The position numbers and the translations under genes are program-made. DNA of 64,000 nt, from the NCBI GenBank assembly GCA_951406725.2, contig OX597827.1, positions 69,998,001-70,062,000 on the forward strand, in the 5' to 3' direction. Shown here in pieces: positions 12,667 through 22,974 of the stretch. Numbering within the stretch: the stretch's first letter is position 1; each line of letters starts with the position of its first letter. The notes under the pieces are model-generated. The model was not told the DNA's origin. It saw only the letters and a list, made by a program, of their open reading frames with translations, and searched no databases. This DNA comes from Octopus vulgaris. Taxonomy: Eukaryota.

Positions 12667-12878
12667 AAAATAGTAAAAAAAACTATAGAAGGCTTGTTTT
12701 AAAAGGTTAAAAAATATATATTTGAGTCATTATGTCTGAAGAATGTTATAAATTTTTTTCATACTATGTCATTGTATGAAAAAAATTTATAACATTCTTC
12801 AGACATAATGACTCAAATATATATTTTTTAACCTTTTAAAACAAGCCTTCTATAGTTTTTTCACTTTTTACTATTTTC
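12666..12878. repeat. Near-perfect foldback palindrome (about 95-bp arms, 9-nt centre) inside (TA)n
   Basis: aactatagaaggcttgttttaaaagg...ttcatac tatgtcatt gtatgaa...ccttttaaaacaagccttctatagtt. Confidence 0.95.
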
Positions 12879-12918
12879 TATATATTCAACCACGTGCTTT
12901 CACACACCAACTTTCTCA

Positions 12919-12967
<49 letters not shown>

Positions 12968-12982
12968 ACAAGTTTCGTTTTC

Positions 12983-13069
12983 ACTTTCCCGAAGAGAAGA
13001 TTGCATTGTTTATACCTTTTATTCTTTTGAATAAGTATCAGTGGAATTTTTGAAACATATGTAGAAAGT
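12983..13069 (+). ncRNA. Type I hammerhead ribozyme motif (family H1; U4C core variant)
   Basis: Stem I actttc/gaaagt; core CCGAAGA; long stem II gaagattgcattg/cagtggaattttt with inner ttattc-tttt-gaataa; GAAAC; palindromic stem III ACATATGT; cleavage triplet GUA. Confidence 0.75.
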
Positions 13070-13132
13070 AAAAATACTTGTTTTTAAACCTGCGTTAACT
13101 CCATTTTTTTTATTCCTATATATATATATATA

Positions 13133-13305
13133 TAACGGGAAGCTTTATGAAAATAAACAAAAGACGAAGGCAGGTGGGAAACAAACAAACAATTGTATTA
13201 GTATGGCGCTCAGGAAATATAAATAAAACAAGTCTTTAACGTTTCGAGCCTACGCTCTTCAACAGAAAGATACACAGAGAGAGAAAAACACAGAAAGAAG
13301 GAGAT
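13133..13305 (-). mobile_element. Penelope-like terminal fragment with hammerhead-like motif (family H2, 13233-13270)
   Basis: Minus strand: tcttt CTGTTGA a gagc gtag gctc GAAAC GTT aaaga. Abuts (TA)n. Confidence 0.65.
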
Positions 13306-13935
13306 AACACTACTGAGAGCGACAAATACAGAATGTGTGGTGAGAGAGATGAAACGGTATGGCACATCGTTAACGAATGCTCGAAATTAAGACAACGCGA
13401 ATACAAAAGACGCCATGACAATGTGGCAAGGATGATCCACTGGGAGCTCTGTGGATATCACGGCCTGCAAAGAGCAAAGACATGGAATGAGAAAATCCCC
13501 CAAAGTAGTAACCGAGGATGAAGATTACAAAATCCTGTGAGATGGAATGATTCAGTGCGATCACCTAACCTGACATCGAAAACCGGATTTTGTTGTGGTG
13601 AGTAAAAACAGAAAGAACTTACATGATAATCGACATGGCATGTCCCGGTGACAACAGGATCAAAAAGAAAGAAGAAAAACTGAACAACTACGACGATTTC
13701 AAGTGGGAAATACGAAGGTTGTGGTCAATGAGGAGAGTAGACGTGATACCAGTAGTAATTGGCTTACTTGGAAGTATCAGCACTCAACTATCAACATGGC
13801 TGGAAACGGCTGGTAAGACTGATACAAATGTAAAGGTAGAACACTTACAAAACTCAGCATTGCTTGGAACTGCAAGAATTCTTCGCAGGGTTCTCGAAGC
13901 ATGACCAGTAAACAAGTGTCACCTTATTCAGCTGG
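13306..13935 (+). mobile_element. RLE-clade (R4/Dong-like) non-LTR retrotransposon C-terminus, decayed
   Basis: Zinc knuckle RMCGERDETVWHIVNEC, RRHD motif, HRKPDFVVV, IIDMACP, VIPVVIGLLG, HLQNSALLGTARILRRVL; contains stops and frameshifts. Confidence 0.9.
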
Positions 13936-14475
13936 TTTTTGCAACAAGTATGGACTTGACAGAGCAAAAAAGTGGTACGAACATAAACCCGAAGGCATCA
14001 TCGAAAATGATAATGCAAAGACCCTGTGGGATTTTATGATTCAGTACAGCCATGAGATAGAGAATAGGAAGCTAGACGTAGTCTTAATCGAGAAAGAAAA
14101 CAAACGATGCTGGATCATAGACATAGCATGCTCAGATGACAATAAGGTATGCGATAAGGAAGAAAGAAGAGTCGAGAGATATAACAAGTTAGCTTGGGAG
14201 GTTAAACAGTTGTGGTCGATAAAAAAGGAAGCAGTAGTACCAATAATTGTTGAAGCCCTGGGAACAGTGAGTAAAACTCTTACGAGGTACATGGAACTAA
14301 TAGGGGTCACAATAAGGGCGGAGCACTTGCAGAAAACGGCACTGCTTGGAACCGCTCGAATACTCTGGATGGTGCTCGGAAAAATAAGGGGTGTTACCTT
14401 AGTTAAGGTAGTGAACAGCTGACACCGTAGTACACATCTCCAGCGTCAGAAGCCGTGCAAGGACAGTAAAATAAT
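13936..14475 (+). mobile_element. Second, diverged R4/Dong-like RLE C-terminus plus 3' UTR, in tandem with the first
   Basis: WYEHKPEGIIEN...LWDFMIQ...NRKLDVVLIEK...IIDIAC...HLQKTALLGTARIL, followed by aataataac and (TAG)n. Confidence 0.9.
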
Positions 14476-14477
14476 AA

Positions 14478-14479
14478 CT

Positions 14480-14527
<48 letters not shown>

Positions 14528-14546
14528 TAGCAGTAGCAGCAGCAGC

Positions 14547-14578
<32 letters not shown>

Positions 14579-14612
14579 CAGTAGTAGTAGTAGTAGCAGC
14601 AGTAGTAGTAGT

Positions 14613-14674
<62 letters not shown>

Positions 14675-14717
14675 CAGCAGTAGTAGTAGCAGCAGCAGTA
14701 GTAGTAGTAGTAGTAGT

Positions 14718-14749
<32 letters not shown>

Positions 14750-14750
14750 C

Positions 14751-14800
<50 letters not shown>
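14478..14800. repeat. (TAG/CAG)n microsatellite
   Basis: Direct inspection. Confidence 0.97.
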
Positions 14801-14801
<1 letters not shown>

Positions 14802-15377
14802 TTTTCTACTATGCGTTCTTGTCTCTGTGTGATGTAGGGGTGTTGTGTTGTGTTGTGTTGTAGTGTGGTTTATGGTGACTGAATTTTTTTTTTTCCCCCC
14901 TCCCCTTCAACAAAATATCTGATTAGAGTTTTTGGTATGGCGGCAATGTGGATATACATTATTTAACGCTGTTGTTGAGACATGCAGCGCTGCTACGTTG
15001 CCGTCGCAGCTGAAGCCATTGCTGTCGTCGGGAATGTCGCTAATTACACAGTACAACGTTTTACGCTGCGATTGTTCCATTTTTTTTTTTTTGTTTATTC
15101 TTTTCCTTTAGACATAAATATTTGCTGGTTTCCTGATTTGTTTCGTTTCGTTTGGTTTCGTTTGGTTTTTGTATTCAATGCTTTCGTTCTTCTTCTTTCT
15201 TTATGTCTTCGTTTAGTTGTTTATTGCGGAGTTTTCTAGTTCTGCTGTGTGTGTAAGGTGTTGGTTGGCGTTTGGGCTGAGAACGAGGTCGTTTCTGGTT
15301 ATCATCAGGTTGTCTATGTTTATTTCTGCTATTTCTGATATGTAAACTGAGGAACGCGCGTGTACATGTGTCTGTCA

Positions 15378-15426
<49 letters not shown>

Positions 15427-15885
15427 TATATGTGTGCGTATGTATGCATATGTATGTATGCATGTATGTATGTATGTATGCATGTATGTATGTATTTACA
15501 TATATATGTTTAGATGGATAGATAGATAGATAGATAGATAGATAGAAACAGATAGATAGATAGACAGAGAGACAGAGAGACGAACGGACGGATGGACAAA
15601 CAAACAGACAGACAGACAGATTGATAGACAGACAGACAGACAAACAGACAGACAAGTTTGATGAAATGCAAACAGGAAAATAGAATTCTAAATATGAAAA
15701 TATATTTATTATAATTATAATTATTATTAATATTAATGATAATCAACAGAGTTACAGAGTGATTCAACGGACAAAAGCTTCGTGCATTGGCACTTATCAA
15801 ACTTGTGTCAATGGGCGAAACTCTCGGCCCTCGAGTCTCACTTAACCACTGTTGATTATTAATATTTACATACATACATACATGC

Positions 15886-15930
<45 letters not shown>

Positions 15931-15933
15931 TAT

Positions 15934-16006
<73 letters not shown>

Positions 16007-16019
16007 TGTGTATATATAC

Positions 16020-16330
16020 ATAGGAAGAGTTTACGAAAAAAACAAAAGACGAAGACAGGTGGTGTACAAAACAAACAGATGTATTAGTATAACGCTCAGG
16101 AATAGAAAAAGTATTTTACGTTTCGAGCCTACGCTCTTCTACAGAAAGGGACACAGAAAAAAACAAGGAGAGAAACAAGGAGAGAAAAAATGTGTGTAGT
16201 GGCTAACGATCTATCATGGCGTCTGACTCGGACAGAAGGGTCACCCACGGGAAGGAAAGTAGGAGAGATAACAAAGTAAAGATGACCCCCAACACGAAGG
16301 TGCGTGTGTGTATAAGAGAGTATGTATGTG
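16020..16330 (-). mobile_element. Penelope-like fragment (family H2; hammerhead-like motif at 16114-16147)
   Basis: Homologous to 13133-13305; minus strand cttt CTGTAGA a gagc gtag gctc GAAAC GTA aaat. Confidence 0.6.
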
Positions 16331-16351
16331 CGTGTGAAATATATATATATG

Positions 16352-16401
<50 letters not shown>

Positions 16402-16547
16402 TATGAGAGGTAATGGTGTCATTGAAACCCCAAAGTGTCAGGTAATGCTGGATAAGTGCTATAGACAGACCGTAGTTAAGTTCCAGGTTCGGTGATTATG
16501 CGAATAAGGGGTTCAACGTTGGTCATATGTCAGCGCGTGTATATAAG

Positions 16548-16664
16548 AATTTTTTTTTTCGTAACGAGATAAAAAAAACCAAGGGTGTGTAGATATTAGA
16601 ACTATAAATGTTCTAAAATCTGCACACCCTTGGTTTTTTTTAATCTCATTACGAAAAAAGAATT
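16548..16664. repeat. Foldback palindrome (about 55-bp arms, 7-nt loop) next to (TA)n
   Basis: ttcgtaacgagataaaaaaaaccaagggtgtgtagatattagaac tataaat gttctaaaatctgcacacccttggtttttttt...attacgaa. Confidence 0.93.
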
Positions 16665-16668
16665 GAAA

Positions 16669-16736
<68 letters not shown>

Positions 16737-16825
16737 ATAAAAATGTTAAGACAACAAAAGAAAGAAAGAGACGTCGATATTATGTAAATAGAGGAATTTA
16801 TCTGTAAATGTAATATGTGACAATT

Positions 16826-16884
16826 ATAAAACTCCGAGTTTCGGATGCCGAGGTGGAAAACCACACCGCTATCTCTTCAGTTAT
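16826..16884 (-). ncRNA. Type I hammerhead ribozyme motif with canonical core (family H3)
   Basis: Minus strand: ataa CTGAAGA gatagcggtgtggttttccacctcggcatcc GAAAC tcgga GTT ttat. Stem I ataa/ttat, stem II gat/atc with gtgg-tttt-ccac, stem III ACT/AGT. Confidence 0.7.
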
Positions 16885-16914
16885 CCGGCCATCGGAAAAA
16901 TGCTATGTGCGTGT

Positions 16915-17011
16915 AGGTATGTATGCATGCTTGCATGCACGCATGTATGTATGTATGTATGTATGTATGTATGTATGTATGTATGTATGTATGTATGTAT
17001 GTATATGTATG

Positions 17012-17043
<32 letters not shown>

Positions 17044-17045
17044 TG

Positions 17046-17077
<32 letters not shown>

Positions 17078-17287
17078 TACGTGCGTGTAAATATGTATGT
17101 ATTTATGTATGTGTTTATGTATGTCTGTATGTGTGTACGTACGTATGTTTGTATGCATGTGTGTACGTACGTATGTAAGTATGTGTGTATGTATGTATGT
17201 ATGTATGTATGTATGTATGTATGTATGTATGTATGTATGTATGTATGTATGTATGTATGTGTATATATATGTATATGTATATATATG

Positions 17288-17356
<69 letters not shown>
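16915..17356. repeat. (TATG)n/(TA)n microsatellite
   Basis: Direct inspection. Confidence 0.97.
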
Positions 17357-17357
<1 letters not shown>

Positions 17358-17358
<1 letters not shown>

Positions 17359-17520
17359 AAAGATACAGATAAGGAAATAATTTTATTATCAAACGCAGTA
17401 TAATGCTGCTGGCCGCCAACAGATTTTTCTTTAAAATATGGAAAGTTTATCCTGTTCATGTTATATCATTAGCATTATCTTGTGTTTGAGAATAAAATTA
17501 ATTCCTTATCTTTATCTTCC
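17358..17520. repeat. Imperfect inverted repeat (about 50-bp arms, about 60-bp spacer) between (TA)n tracts
   Basis: gaaagatacagataaggaaataattttattatcaaacgca vs tgtgtttgagaataaaattaattccttatctttatcttcc. Confidence 0.85.
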
Positions 17521-17569
17521 AAACATCTCAACGCTTCTAAAGCAAACTTTAAACATATATATATATATA

Positions 17570-17692
<123 letters not shown>

Positions 17693-17766
17693 GGTACTTA
17701 AATGAGCTCATGACTTAGTATTTACTTCTTCCATGGGTACAAGTAAGTATCTCATTTTTTTTCTTA

Positions 17767-17840
17767 TCGTATTTATCGCTGATGACGAGAAAATTCTAAA
17801 TGAATTAACTCAGAAACTGGGACCGATCCGATAATAACGA
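17767..17840 (+). ncRNA. Type I hammerhead ribozyme motif, canonical core, eroded stems (family H4), in a (TA)n-flanked cassette at about 17690-18066
   Basis: Stem I tcgtatttatcg/cgataataacga (10 of 12 pairs); CTGATGA; stem II gag/ctc with inner aattc-taaat-gaatt; GAAAC; stem III degenerate; triplet AUC. Confidence 0.6.
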
Positions 17841-18063
17841 AAATTTTTTAGAAATTTCTATCGGCTTTCTTTCGAGATGCGTACTTATAGTGATAAATTA
17901 TATGGTTATTGACGATTAAGTCTATTTTCGGCATATTTGGCATCGGATTTTTTTTTCTTTTGCCCTTGTTTATAAGTTGTTTATAAAATTTAACCTTTAA
18001 AGGTATTTTTTTTAATATGCCGGCCATTGATAAAAATTTTTCCGAAAAGTTTTATCCTATATT

Positions 18064-18136
<73 letters not shown>

Positions 18137-18137
<1 letters not shown>

Positions 18138-18247
18138 TGTACAAGACATTGTAAATCTTCAGCTGGGCTAAAAAGTCACATTCGATCACAGCATCAGTAA
18201 CAGTTAAGCTTCGTGCAATGGCCATACTCGATAACGAGGGGGCAGCC

Positions 18248-18251
<4 letters not shown>
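18137..18251 (+). mobile_element. Extreme 3' end of the zinc-finger RTE-like LINE, embedded in (TA)n
   Basis: Encodes CTRHCKSSAGLKSHIRSQHQ* plus a 3' UTR ending ctcgataacgagggggcagcca; near-identical to 50957-51070 (-). Confidence 0.85.
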
Positions 18252-18326
<75 letters not shown>

Positions 18327-18334
18327 GAAAACGA

Positions 18335-19225
18335 ATTCTGTGAGTCGTTTTGTTGATTATGAAGAAGCTTTTGATAGCGTTGATATAAACGCTGTGTTGA
18401 AATCTCTGGAAATGGAAGGTGTCGAGGCACAATACATCGAACTGCTCAGAGATGCGAACTCTTGACGCACAACAGATATAGCTCTGCTATCACCAACAGT
18501 AAGGGTCCCAATTGAGGAGGGTGTCAAACAAGGAGATATCATCTCCCCAAAGCTCTTTACCGCATGTCTAGTAATGGTCATGAAAGACAATGATTGGATA
18601 GATGGCGTGAACATCAATGGCGAGCAACTAACAAACCTTTGATTCGCAGACGACATTATGCTCATCGCTGAAAGTACAAGCCAGCTGCAGACCATACCGA
18701 CAGAGCTGGACACTCAGAGCTTAGCAGTGGGTCTTAAAAGGAACGGCATGGAAACAAAATATATGCGATCGGAAGACGTAGCACAAGGCCAAATAGAGGT
18801 GGGGAAACGGTGATATCTGTTTCTTTACTACCCACAAGGGGCTAAACACAGAGGGGACAAACAAGGACAGACAAACGGATTAAGTCGATTCGGTCGACCC
18901 CAGTACGCAACTGGCACTTAATCTATCGAACCCGAAAGGATGAAAGGCAAAGTCAACCTCGGCGGAATTTGAACTCAGAACGTAACGGCAGACGAAATAC
19001 GACTACGCATTCCGCCCGGCGTGCTAACGTTTCTGCCAGCTCGCCGCCTTTCGGTGATATCGAGGAGGTGAAAGAGTACGTCTATTTAGAGTACAGAATG
19101 ACTATTGGGCCGAGATATGGATGTTGAAATCTCAAAGAGAATAAGGGAAGGATAGAACTCAACCAAGGGCGTGCTCGAAACAAAGCTAAACAATGCCATA
19201 AATGCCAGATTCTTCAATCGTTCCA
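18335..19225 (+). mobile_element. RTE-clade reverse transcriptase fragment (decayed), interrupted by a SINE
   Basis: FVDYEEAFDSV...GVKQGDIISPKLF...GVNINGEQLTNL*FADDIMLIA...GLKRN..TKYM, resuming after the SINE with DIEEVKEYVYL. Confidence 0.92.
18818..19051 (-). mobile_element. Family B SINE with 10-bp TSD
   Basis: TSD cggtgatatc at 18808-18817 and 19052-19061. Confidence 0.93.
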
Positions 19226-19249
19226 GAAGTAAAAATGGGTGGCAATGAT

Positions 19250-19946
19250 GATGACAGGAGTGGTAGTATTCTTGTTGTTGTTGGTGGTGGTGAGATGGAG
19301 GGTGATGGTGAGATGGAGGGTGATGGTGAGATGGAGGGTGATGGTGAGATGGAGGGTGGTGGTGAGATGGAGGGTGGTGGTGAGATGGAGGGTGATGGTG
19401 GTTATGTTAGTAAATGTTAGTGGTATTGTGGAGAGGGAGTGACGGTAATAATAGTGATGGAGGTGGTTGGCAATGTTGTTGCTGTTGTCTTCTTCTTCTT
19501 CTCCTTCTTCTTCTTCTTCTTCTTCTCCTCCTCCTCCTCCTCCTTCTTCTCCTGTTCTTCTTTTTCTTCTTCTTCTTCCTCCTCCTCCTCCGTCTTCTCC
19601 TCCTCTTTCTTCTTCTTCATCATCATCATCATCTTCTTCTTCTTCTTCTCTCTCCTTCTTCTTCTTCTTCTTCTTCTTCTTCTTCTTCTTCTTCTTCTTC
19701 TTCTTCTTCCCCTTCTTCATCATCATCTTCTTCTTCTTCTTCCACTGTCCTAACCACTGGGCCATTCCGCCTCCACCGTTGCTCTTCTTGTTTCCAATAC
19801 CATAAGTGCAGCTTAAACTCTGCTCTTATAAATATCTTAATTCTGGAATTGCAGCTGTTTCTTCTTCTTGTTCTTGTTCTTGTTATTGCTAATACGCACA
19901 ACTTTATGGCAGTACAGAATCATTATCATCGCCGCTGCTGCTGCTG

Positions 19947-20026
<80 letters not shown>

Positions 20027-20449
20027 GAAAAGAAAGTAGCCAGCTGACAGAATCGTTGGCACACCGGACGAAATGCTTGGCAGCGTTTCGTCCGTCTTTC
20101 CGTTCGCGAGTTCAAATTCCACGCAGGGTCGGTCGACAAAATGCCTTTCAATCCTTTGAGGGTCGATGGAATAAATACCGGCTGAGCAAAAGGGGGTCGA
20201 TAGAATAATCGACGAACGCCACCCCCTCCCCCCTTCCCCGCACCACCTCGTCCCCGAAATTGCCGTGGTGGTTGGTCATACTAGTTGTGATGGCAATATT
20301 TTGAAATGCATTTTAACCACTGCACTCACGTATTCCTCCTCCTCCTCCTCCTCCTCCTCCTCCTCCTCCTCCTCTCTTCCTCCTTTTCCTCCTCCTCCTT
20401 CTTTTCTTCCTCTTCTTCTCCTTACTGCTGCTGCTGCCGTTGCTGCTAC

Positions 20450-20495
<46 letters not shown>

Positions 20496-20510
20496 AAGCA
20501 GTAGCAACAA

Positions 20511-20553
<43 letters not shown>

Positions 20554-21201
20554 TGTAGTAGTAGTAGTGGTAGTAGTAGTAGTAGTAGTAGTAGTAGTTG
20601 GTAATATTCTTAATGACGATAGTGATGCTGCTGTTGTTGGTGTTGTAATTGTTATAGATCTTGTTGCTCTTATAGTCCTTATAATTGTTGCTGTTGTTGG
20701 TGGCGGCGGCGGTGGTGGTGGTGGTGGTGGTGGTGGTGGTGGTGGTAGTGTGGTGGTGGTGGAGGTAGTGGTGGTGGTGGTGGTGGGTGGTGGTGGTGGT
20801 AGTGTGGTGGTGGTGGTAGCGTGGTATTGGTGGTGGTGGTTGTGGTGGTGGTGGTGGTGGTGGTAGTGGTGGTGGTGGTAGTGTGGTGGTGGTGGTAGTG
20901 TGGTATTGGTGGTGGTGGTTGTTGTGGTGGTGGCGGCGGCGGTGGTGGTGGTGGTGGTGGTGGTGGTGGTGGTGGTGGCGGCGGTGGTGGTGGTGGTGGT
21001 GGTGGTGGTGCAGGTGCTGCTGCTGCGGCTTCTGCTGCTGGTATTGTTCTTACCTTAAAGTAATTCACGCTGCATTTTCTTTGTCGGATTAAAACGAAAC
21101 AACTCAACCGTTATTTGCTGCAGCAAATTATTAATGCATTTTTAATGCATTAAACATTTATAACACCAGTGCATTTCTGCTGTTTTGTTTTACCTTGATG
21201 A

Positions 21202-21235
<34 letters not shown>

Positions 21236-21375
21236 GGTGGTGGTGGTGGTTATGGTGGTGGTGGTACTACTGATGGCAACACATGCGACACCACACCTCC
21301 TAAAACAAGATGAAGGAAAATAAAAAGATGACAAAAGCAGCAGAAGTAGTAGTAGTAGCAGCTGTTTCTGCAGCG

Positions 21376-21453
<78 letters not shown>

Positions 21454-21475
21454 AGAAGAAGTAGTAGTAGTAGTA
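19250..21475. repeat. Compound trinucleotide region (18-bp GGTGAGATGGAGGGTGAT unit, CTT, CCT, CTG, GTT, TAG, GGT) with a degenerate family B SINE at about 20035-20265
   Basis: Direct inspection. Confidence 0.9.
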
Positions 21476-21620
21476 GGAAGAAGAAGCCTAAAACAGAAGC
21501 ATGAAAACATTGAACCACTATACAACAAATAGAAGTTTAGTATTCCCTTTGTAAATCCATATTATATCTAACAGAATAAAAAAATGAATTCCCTCAGATC
21601 GTGAAGAGAAAACAAAGACG

Positions 21621-22044
21621 TCGGAACTTTCCAGAAAGCTCCTACTCCCCTCCTCGGAACTCTCCAGGAAGTTCTTTTTCCCTCCTCCCCTTCCCTTGAA
21701 CTTTCCAAGAAGTCCTTCCTACCCTCCTCACCTACCTCGGAACTTTCCAGGAAGTCCTTTCTCCCTCCTCACCTTCGTCCCCTTCCTCGGAACTTTCCAG
21801 GAAGTCCTTCCTCCCCCTCCTCCCTTCATCGGAACTTTCCGGGAAGTCCTTCCTCTCCTCTCACTCGTTCCCTTCCTTGGAACTTTCGCGGAAGTTCTTT
21901 TACCCCTTTTCCCCTTCATCCCCCTCCTTTCCAGGAAGTCCCTATCACCACCTCGGAACTTTCCAGGAAGTCCTTCCTCCCCTCCTCTCCCGGAACTTTC
22001 CAGGACTTCCTTCCTCACCTTCCTCGGAACTTTCCAGGAAGTCC
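21621..22044. repeat. 11-unit array: conserved quasi-palindromic core CTCGGAACTTTCCAGGAAGTCC with variable pyrimidine-rich spacers
   Basis: Cores counted directly; spacers of about 8-30 nt, almost entirely C/T. Confidence 0.92.
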
Positions 22045-22276
22045 TCCTTCCTTGATCCTTGGACTTGTTCCCTGTAAGCCTGGTGCTTATTCTATCGATC
22101 TCTTCTGCTGAACCCTCGAAGAAATTGCAACAACTAGAATGTAAATTCAAAAACAAACAAGTTGAAAGGATCAACAGAGTCAATTGGACGCACACATTGA
22201 ATATATCAGATTGACACTCGGTGAGAGCTTTTCATGGAAATTAAAATTATGACGCTTTAAATGTGGCTCTTTACAG

Positions 22277-22526
22277 GATAGAGGAAAAGAGTCAAGAGAA
22301 GAGGACAAAAGAGAAAGGTACAGATAGTCCTGAGAAAAGCACGTGTGATGTTACATGGCCGAAGTACTCTCGAGAGTCCGTAGTTTTTCATGAGTATATA
22401 CGTGAACCAGTGACAGAGAGGAAAATAAACGTAATTTCTTGGTCAGTTCAGAGTTATCTGTCTTTGGAATCTGGTGCAGATGAGAAGAAAACTACTTCGA
22501 AATACATGTATCCGCCAGTCCAGTAG
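22277..22526 (+). CDS. Possible terminal coding exon of an unknown gene (weak)
   Basis: Non-repetitive sequence, acceptor-like ctctttacag|g, 82 open codons (IEEKSQEKRTKEKG...MYPPVQ*). No recognisable domain. Confidence 0.2.
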
Positions 22527-22974
22527 AAGGCGCTCTGAACTGACCAAAGTGTTTTTACATATTTTTGTCTCCTGCAGCAAAAATCCCTTTGAAGGTTTCA
22601 GATACCTTCCAAACACATTTGAACTGGTATCTAATTTATTTTTTACAATTAACTTTGAACCCTTAGTCTTTCACTAATGACAACCCCTTTCGTAGGAACT
22701 TCTAGTGGATAAAAGGAGTACACTAAAGACTATCGTATTCCTATGTTTCTTAAAATAGATAATGCAGAAGATACTGACGAATAAGGAGACGAGAGAAAGG
22801 TTTTAATTTATAAAGTTTTGGCCTGTTTTATCTCACTCGTAAAATGAGAATATAGATTTACGAAAATTCTTGCTATTAAAATTGTCACAATATATAATGG
22901 TGATTACTTAGATAAACCAGGATCTCCTCGGTTGAAGGCGTTGGGAATGGATGTAGACGATTATATTCTTTTCT

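Noticed and set aside
21053-21118. Minus-strand coding exon ending at ag|gtaag
   Set aside because: All three frames contain stops between the nearest acceptor and the donor.
21621-22044. CRISPR array
   Set aside because: Eukaryotic context, no cas genes, and the spacers are low-complexity C/T runs related to each other and of irregular length.
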